Of a stretch of DNA of 64,000 nucleotides, positions 57,514-64,000 are shown one piece after another. The DNA comes from the human T2T-CHM13v2.0 reference genome, Homo sapiens: the NCBI RefSeq assembly GCF_009914755.1, contig NC_060938.1. One strand, given 5' to 3'. A model generated the notes under the pieces. That model did no database searches. It worked only from the letters and a program-made list of their open reading frames with translations, and was not told the DNA's origin. Each line of letters starts with the position of its first letter. Within the stretch, counting starts at the first letter, position 1. The translations under genes and the position numbers were made by a program.

Positions 57514-60500
57514 GTAAGCATGAAATGTACACTTTTGGATGTTAAGATGTGCAAGTTAACTGAAAGGCAATTTGAGACTGTGTAGATACTGTGTGAGGTG
57601 CTTTGTTCATGTTCGTCTGATTGGCTAGCTTTAGGTGCCTTACTCTACTTTAGAAATTTTATTAAAGGATGCAGTGTTTCTTGTTCCTACCACTTCTTTT
57701 AAAAAAAAAATTCATTCTGCCACTGCCTAGTTCAGGTCTTCAACCTGTCACCTTACTCACTGTGATGATATTAATGCTTGTTGTTGAGCAGCTGTTTATT
57801 CTTCCTTGTTGATCTCCTATTGAATTTTTGCAGCAACTGCTTTAGGACTCATCCAGTTCTCAGAATTGTCTCACCCAGCTTTTTTTCCCCTCCTTCAGAT
57901 CTAAGGTGATCTTACCCTCTACTTTACTAAGAAAGACTACAGTCATCTAATGTCGTTTTTGAATTCTCTTTCCTTTGTCCCTCAGAGGGAAAACATGTCC
58001 TTTCATTTTTTTCTAGGATCATTTTCCTGCCTGTGCATTGATTCCATCTCCCATCTCATGTGTAAGCCCTTTCTCCATAGATCTATGCCCTTCCTTCCTG
58101 TGTGTGCCTCTCTGCTGCTGCTGCCTTCTGGCTCAGCTTACTCAAGAGCACATGGTTATTTAGTGGAAAAATGAAGACTAGATCTCGGACTCCTGCCTAA
58201 GAGAAAAACAGTCTCTTTTAGCTTTGTGACCACTTTGCACTATTTCCCTATCTTCCTTTCTTTCAGTGTCATGCTTACCAGAATTGTGTACGTGCTGTCT
58301 TCATTTCTGTAGAACTTGTTAACTCTTATCTCCTTCTTTTCCTACTACATGTCTGAAATTTCTTCTCAAAAATATTTGATGACCTAAATAAATATTCTCT
58401 GTCCTTTTCTTAGTCTCCATACCTTGTATTTTGGTAGAACATTTGGCTCTGTTAACCCTCCCACTTCCTTGGAACTCCTGCCTTCTATGCTATTCACATC
58501 TCCTTGGCTCTCTTTTTGTCCTCTTCTACTGCTGTTTCTGTCTCTCTTGGGCGCTCTTCCCAATCTCCAAAGAGTCAGAGTCCTCCTAAGCTCTGTCCTG
58601 AACCCTCTTTCATTGTCCTTTCTTACCTTGCACTGCTGTATGCTGCCTCTGCTTCTAATAGCCGCCTGCATATGACTTCAAGCATGTTTCCAAGCCTGAC
58701 CTCCTGACCTCAGTGCCCAGCTGCCTACTGTGCAGGCATGGAGTGTTCAGCTCCCAGACCAACTTCTCCCTCATTCTTCTGTTCTGGTCAACGTTACTGC
58801 CATGTGGCAGTAAAGCTTGAAACCTCAGGGTCATTTTTGACTTTACCTTTTTTCTTTAGTCTCAAACTTCTAATGGCTATGAATACCTTTTTTTAATGCT
58901 ACTTCCATGAAGTATCATATTGATCTCCTCCTCAAACTCTTCTTTCTAAGTACTTTTTTGTATCACCCTAATTTGTTAATTCATTGAAAAGTTACTTATT
59001 GAGCACCTAACTACTCACTAGGCACAGAGGATACAAAGCTCAAAAGATGTGTCCTCTTCCTTTAAGAAAACATTCATCTTAGTGGAAAGAAACAGATAAT
59101 TGACGTAATAAGGTTATTAATGCAGTACAATGGGAGCTTGAGAGAAGAATCCCTTAAAACTTGCCTGAGGCTGTCAAAGATCACTGGACTGAGGAGATGT
59201 GGTATAAAGAGAAACTTGAAAGATGAATAGGAAGACTCATGATAGGGAAGAGATTTCCGAGAGAACAACCTGTGCCAGAGCAAGGGGGCCAGAGAGAACA
59301 TGGCATATTTAAGGGACTGCAGCTAGTTCCATACTGCTGGAACATAACGTCTTCAGAGATGGGAGGCAAAAGACTCATAAAGTTCAACGGCAGGCAGAAG
59401 CCATGGTCAGGTTTGAGTGTGAGAACTGTGGCAGCCTGATGAAAAGGTTAGGGGAGATTTGGGCCTCTGTCTTGTTCATCGTTGTATCCCCAGCACAGTG
59501 CCTGGTATTCGGTACATTGTTGAAAACATGGAAGTGATAAGGGGTGGCATCAATGGCATGTAGATGGTGAAGAGGTGATCATAAGAAATAATGAGGACCT
59601 GATCAAAGTTTTTGGCAGTGAGGATGGCAGGCAGGGGACAGCTAAGAGATATGTGGGAGATAGAATATATGACATGTGGAGATTTAACTGGAAGGATGGG
59701 GGAAAAAGGCAAATGGAATCCAGGATGACTCCAGGTTTTTGGTTTAAGTGTATGAATGATGTTTCCTTGTGTTAATAAAAGGGGAAACAGGAAAGAGAAC
59801 AGGTTAGGGTTAAAGGAGAGTATGACGAATTATGGTAAGTATGCAAAATTGATGCAACATTGAGGTGACAATGTTAGAAAGGTAATTAGAAGTAAGTTGG
59901 GAGAGTAGGTAAGTTTAGGCAAGAGCGATGTGTAACCTAACGGGGAGAAAGGCTGAGGTCTAAAAACACAGTCTTAAACATCAGCATTTACAAATTGGGC
60001 AAAAGGATAGCCTGCAAAAGAAAAATACTGAGAAGGTGAGTGGTCAGAGATTGGAGAGAACCAGGAGGAGACTGATGCCATCCAATGAAGCCAAGCAGAG
60101 GGAGAGTTTCAAGTGGTGCATGATCACCAACCACAGCACGCGGCTCTGATGTGACAAGTCCCGAGCTAAATTCCTGGACTTGGCAACTAGGAGGTCCCTG
60201 GGGACCTCTCAACAGAGAGTTCCGGGGTGCGCTGGGAGCTGAAGACATGGAGGCAGGGTACTTGACCATGGACATGAGGACAGTAGCTAGATGGGGGAAT
60301 GAGGTTGGGAGGTTTCTGGTTTTTTATTAAAAAAAATCTTAAAATGTTATAAATGATCATGTTTATTATAGAAAATTTGAAGAATACAAAAGAAGTTTGA
60401 AGAAGGAAATGGAAATAACCCATAATCCTACCACCCAGAAAAGGAAAAATTATTTTTGATGGAGGAGAATGACTTTAAAATATTTTAATTTAACGTGAAA

Positions 60501-61299
60501 GCTGCTGGTCCTTGTTGTTCCTAGTCTAGAATTAGGACTTTATAAACTGGTCTTTGCATGTCAAATCTCTTCTTCAAACTCATCTTTTATCTCAGGGGTC
60601 AGAAAACATTGAGAGGGTCAAATAGTAAATATTGTAGGCTATGTTGGCTACCTGTAGTCTCCATCACATATTCTTTGTCTTTATTATTTATGATCCTTTT
60701 AAAATGTAAAAAAAAAATTTAGCTTGCAGGCTGTACAAAAACAGGCCCACGGACCATCATTTGTGAGCACCTTCTTCATAGCACTGCCAGGTTAGCCTCC
60801 TAAAATGCATCTCTAGTCATGTCACTCCTCTCTCTACTTTTTGGTAATTTGTTTTAGCCTGCCATATAATATTAAAACATTTTAGCCTGAGATCAGGAGC
60901 CCCTCCAAATTGGTGCTAAAATACTATCTGAGCTGCATCTCACATTATTTTCTTACAGACTTTGTGTGCTTTTGCATTTTTATGCTTTGCTCTCTGTTTT
61001 TCTCTGCACTTTAAAAAAGTCTACCCATATTTCAAGGCCAACATTTATGCTCTCTTAAAGTCTCCTCTTACCCAGAAGTGGTTTTTCCTCTCAGAACTCT
61101 GCAAGTAATCTGACCATATCCTTTTCTCTACTTGTGTTGATTGCCTTCTGCTGGATACTTGTAACTTCTCTTTTAGTTTGTAAGGCAGAGGGTACTATCT
61201 ATAGAGAGAGACATTATCTTTATTGCGCAGAACACTTAGCACCATTTACTTGTTGGGTAGAATGTGTTGGAAAATAAAAACTATGAGAAGAAAATGTGA

Positions 61300-61701
<402 letters not shown>

Positions 61702-62010
61702 TGATCCGCCCGCCTCAGCCTCCCAAAGTGCTGGGATTACAGGCGTGAGCCACCGCACCCAGCTGGAAAAAAAAAATCTTATTCATAACAAGCTTTCAAC
61801 TTTACCATGATTGTGGGGCTAAAGTCCAAGGACATTATACAGCAAGGCTCTGTTGTGTTTTTTATCCTTAGGGATTTAAGAAAATCTGTGGACTTTCTTT
61901 GATGGAGATAATGGAATTTTTTTTAGTGGGTTATTTTCTGTATAGTAGATGATATTCAATATACAAACTAATCTCTGCTTTGCTTAAACATATTTCTTCT
62001 TTTATAATAG

Positions 62011-62181
62011 TCTAAGGAAAAATTGATTAACAGCTTGAAAGAAGGCTCTGGTTTTGAAGGCCTAGATAGCAGCACTGCCAGTAGCATGGAGCTGGAAGAA
62101 CTTCGGCATGAGAAAGAGATGCAGAGGGAGGAAATACAGAAGCTGATGGGCCAGATACATCAGCTCAGATCCGAATTACAG
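62011..62181 (+). CDS. GOLGA5: GOLGA5 exon 7 (171 nt), ends at codon 497; gene continues beyond window
   Basis: Acceptor ttttataatag|TCT, donor CAG|gtaaga. Reads SKEKLINSLKEGSG...QIHQLRSELQ. Cumulative CDS 1491 nt = 497 codons. Confidence 0.95.
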
Positions 62182-62277
62182 GTAAGATTCATGGTGGTTC
62201 AGCTTAGTAGACACCATTTACCCTCAGGTGTTAACAGTTTGAGAGGTGGGGAAACAGCATTACTAAAGCGATAGGTT

Positions 62278-63007
<730 letters not shown>

Positions 63008-64000
63008 TAATCCATAAGTTGACCATAAAGTTATGGTGATAAAAAACAGATCAATTCATTCAACAAATAGTTACCAAGTGCCTGCCATGTGCCTAGGTTT
63101 GGAATTAGAACAGGGTCTTCATAATTATAGATCTTACATTCTAGTGGTTAAAAGCAAATCAGATTTGAGCTCCTATGTGAAGCTGAGATGTTTTCTAATA
63201 TTAGTATGGGCTCAGGGATGATCTTCTAATTACAGTTTTATCCTTATTCTTATAATTTATAGTTTATGTATAATTACTATATTTAAAAGTAAAGTTGGGC
63301 CATTTATTTTGCTTAAACTTCGGGGTCTTTGACATAAATATCGTAGGAAGGAGTCTCTGAAGGTGAGAGAAGATAAAGTGCAGCATAACGAGCTTCCTTT
63401 TCTTAAAAGGAAGAAACTTTTTGTAGAGAATGTTCATCCATGCATTAACTCTGCACATTGTGAGACTTGTGAACTACAAAAGAAAGCGTGAAAGTTGTGA
63501 GAATAGGATACCTTGTCTAGAGCATAGACTTGAATAGCAGACAGACGTGGATAGATTCTGTCTTTGGTACTTAACAGATGCTGCTTCCACAAGGCACTTC
63601 ATCTTGCGGAGCTTTAATTTTCTCATCTATAGAATGCAGGTAAACAAAGGTTCTCTTGACAATAAAGGATAATATATGAAGAGCCTAGCATTGTTTCTGA
63701 CATGTAATAGACCCTCAGTTAAATAATAGCTGCTATTATTTCTGGGTTTATTGTTATTCATTAAAGTAGGATTTTTTTTTTAATCTGTGAATTTGAATTC
63801 CAAAGAATTCAGTCCTGCAAACTTAGAAATTGGGTAGATGCTAAACTTACTCATATCTGTTCATGTCTTTTTGGTGAGATTATGAAAAATACTTGTTTTA
63901 TTTAATATATCAGCATCATTAATGACATTGACCCATTTTCTTACCCTTCTCAAAATTTATGCAATGTATAATAAGTGTTAGGTCTAACAAAATGAAAGAA

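Overview
Primate (very likely human) genomic DNA with about 40 Alus plus LTR, L1, L2, MIR and DNA-transposon relics. The right part holds the CpG-island promoter, non-coding exon 1 and coding exons 2-7 (codons 1-497) of GOLGA5 (golgin-84) on the + strand; the gene continues past the window. From recall this locus is 14q32.12, next to LGMN. The left, intergenic part has nested LTRs and a HERV-H provirus (5' LTR, tRNA-His PBS, gag-pro-partial pol) that stops abruptly inside RT at about 9292. About 270 bp later a large inverted duplication begins (arms about 9563-15370 and 20430-25484, spacer about 5 kb). Its arms show patchy identity and arm-specific Alu insertions, suggesting an old duplication partly homogenised by gene conversion. 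The most interesting hypothesis is that a promoter-only HERV-H with an intact splice donor and no 3' LTR points into a 5-kb hairpin-forming repeat and toward GOLGA5's ATG-containing exon 2. All identities and repeat subfamily names were judged by eye.
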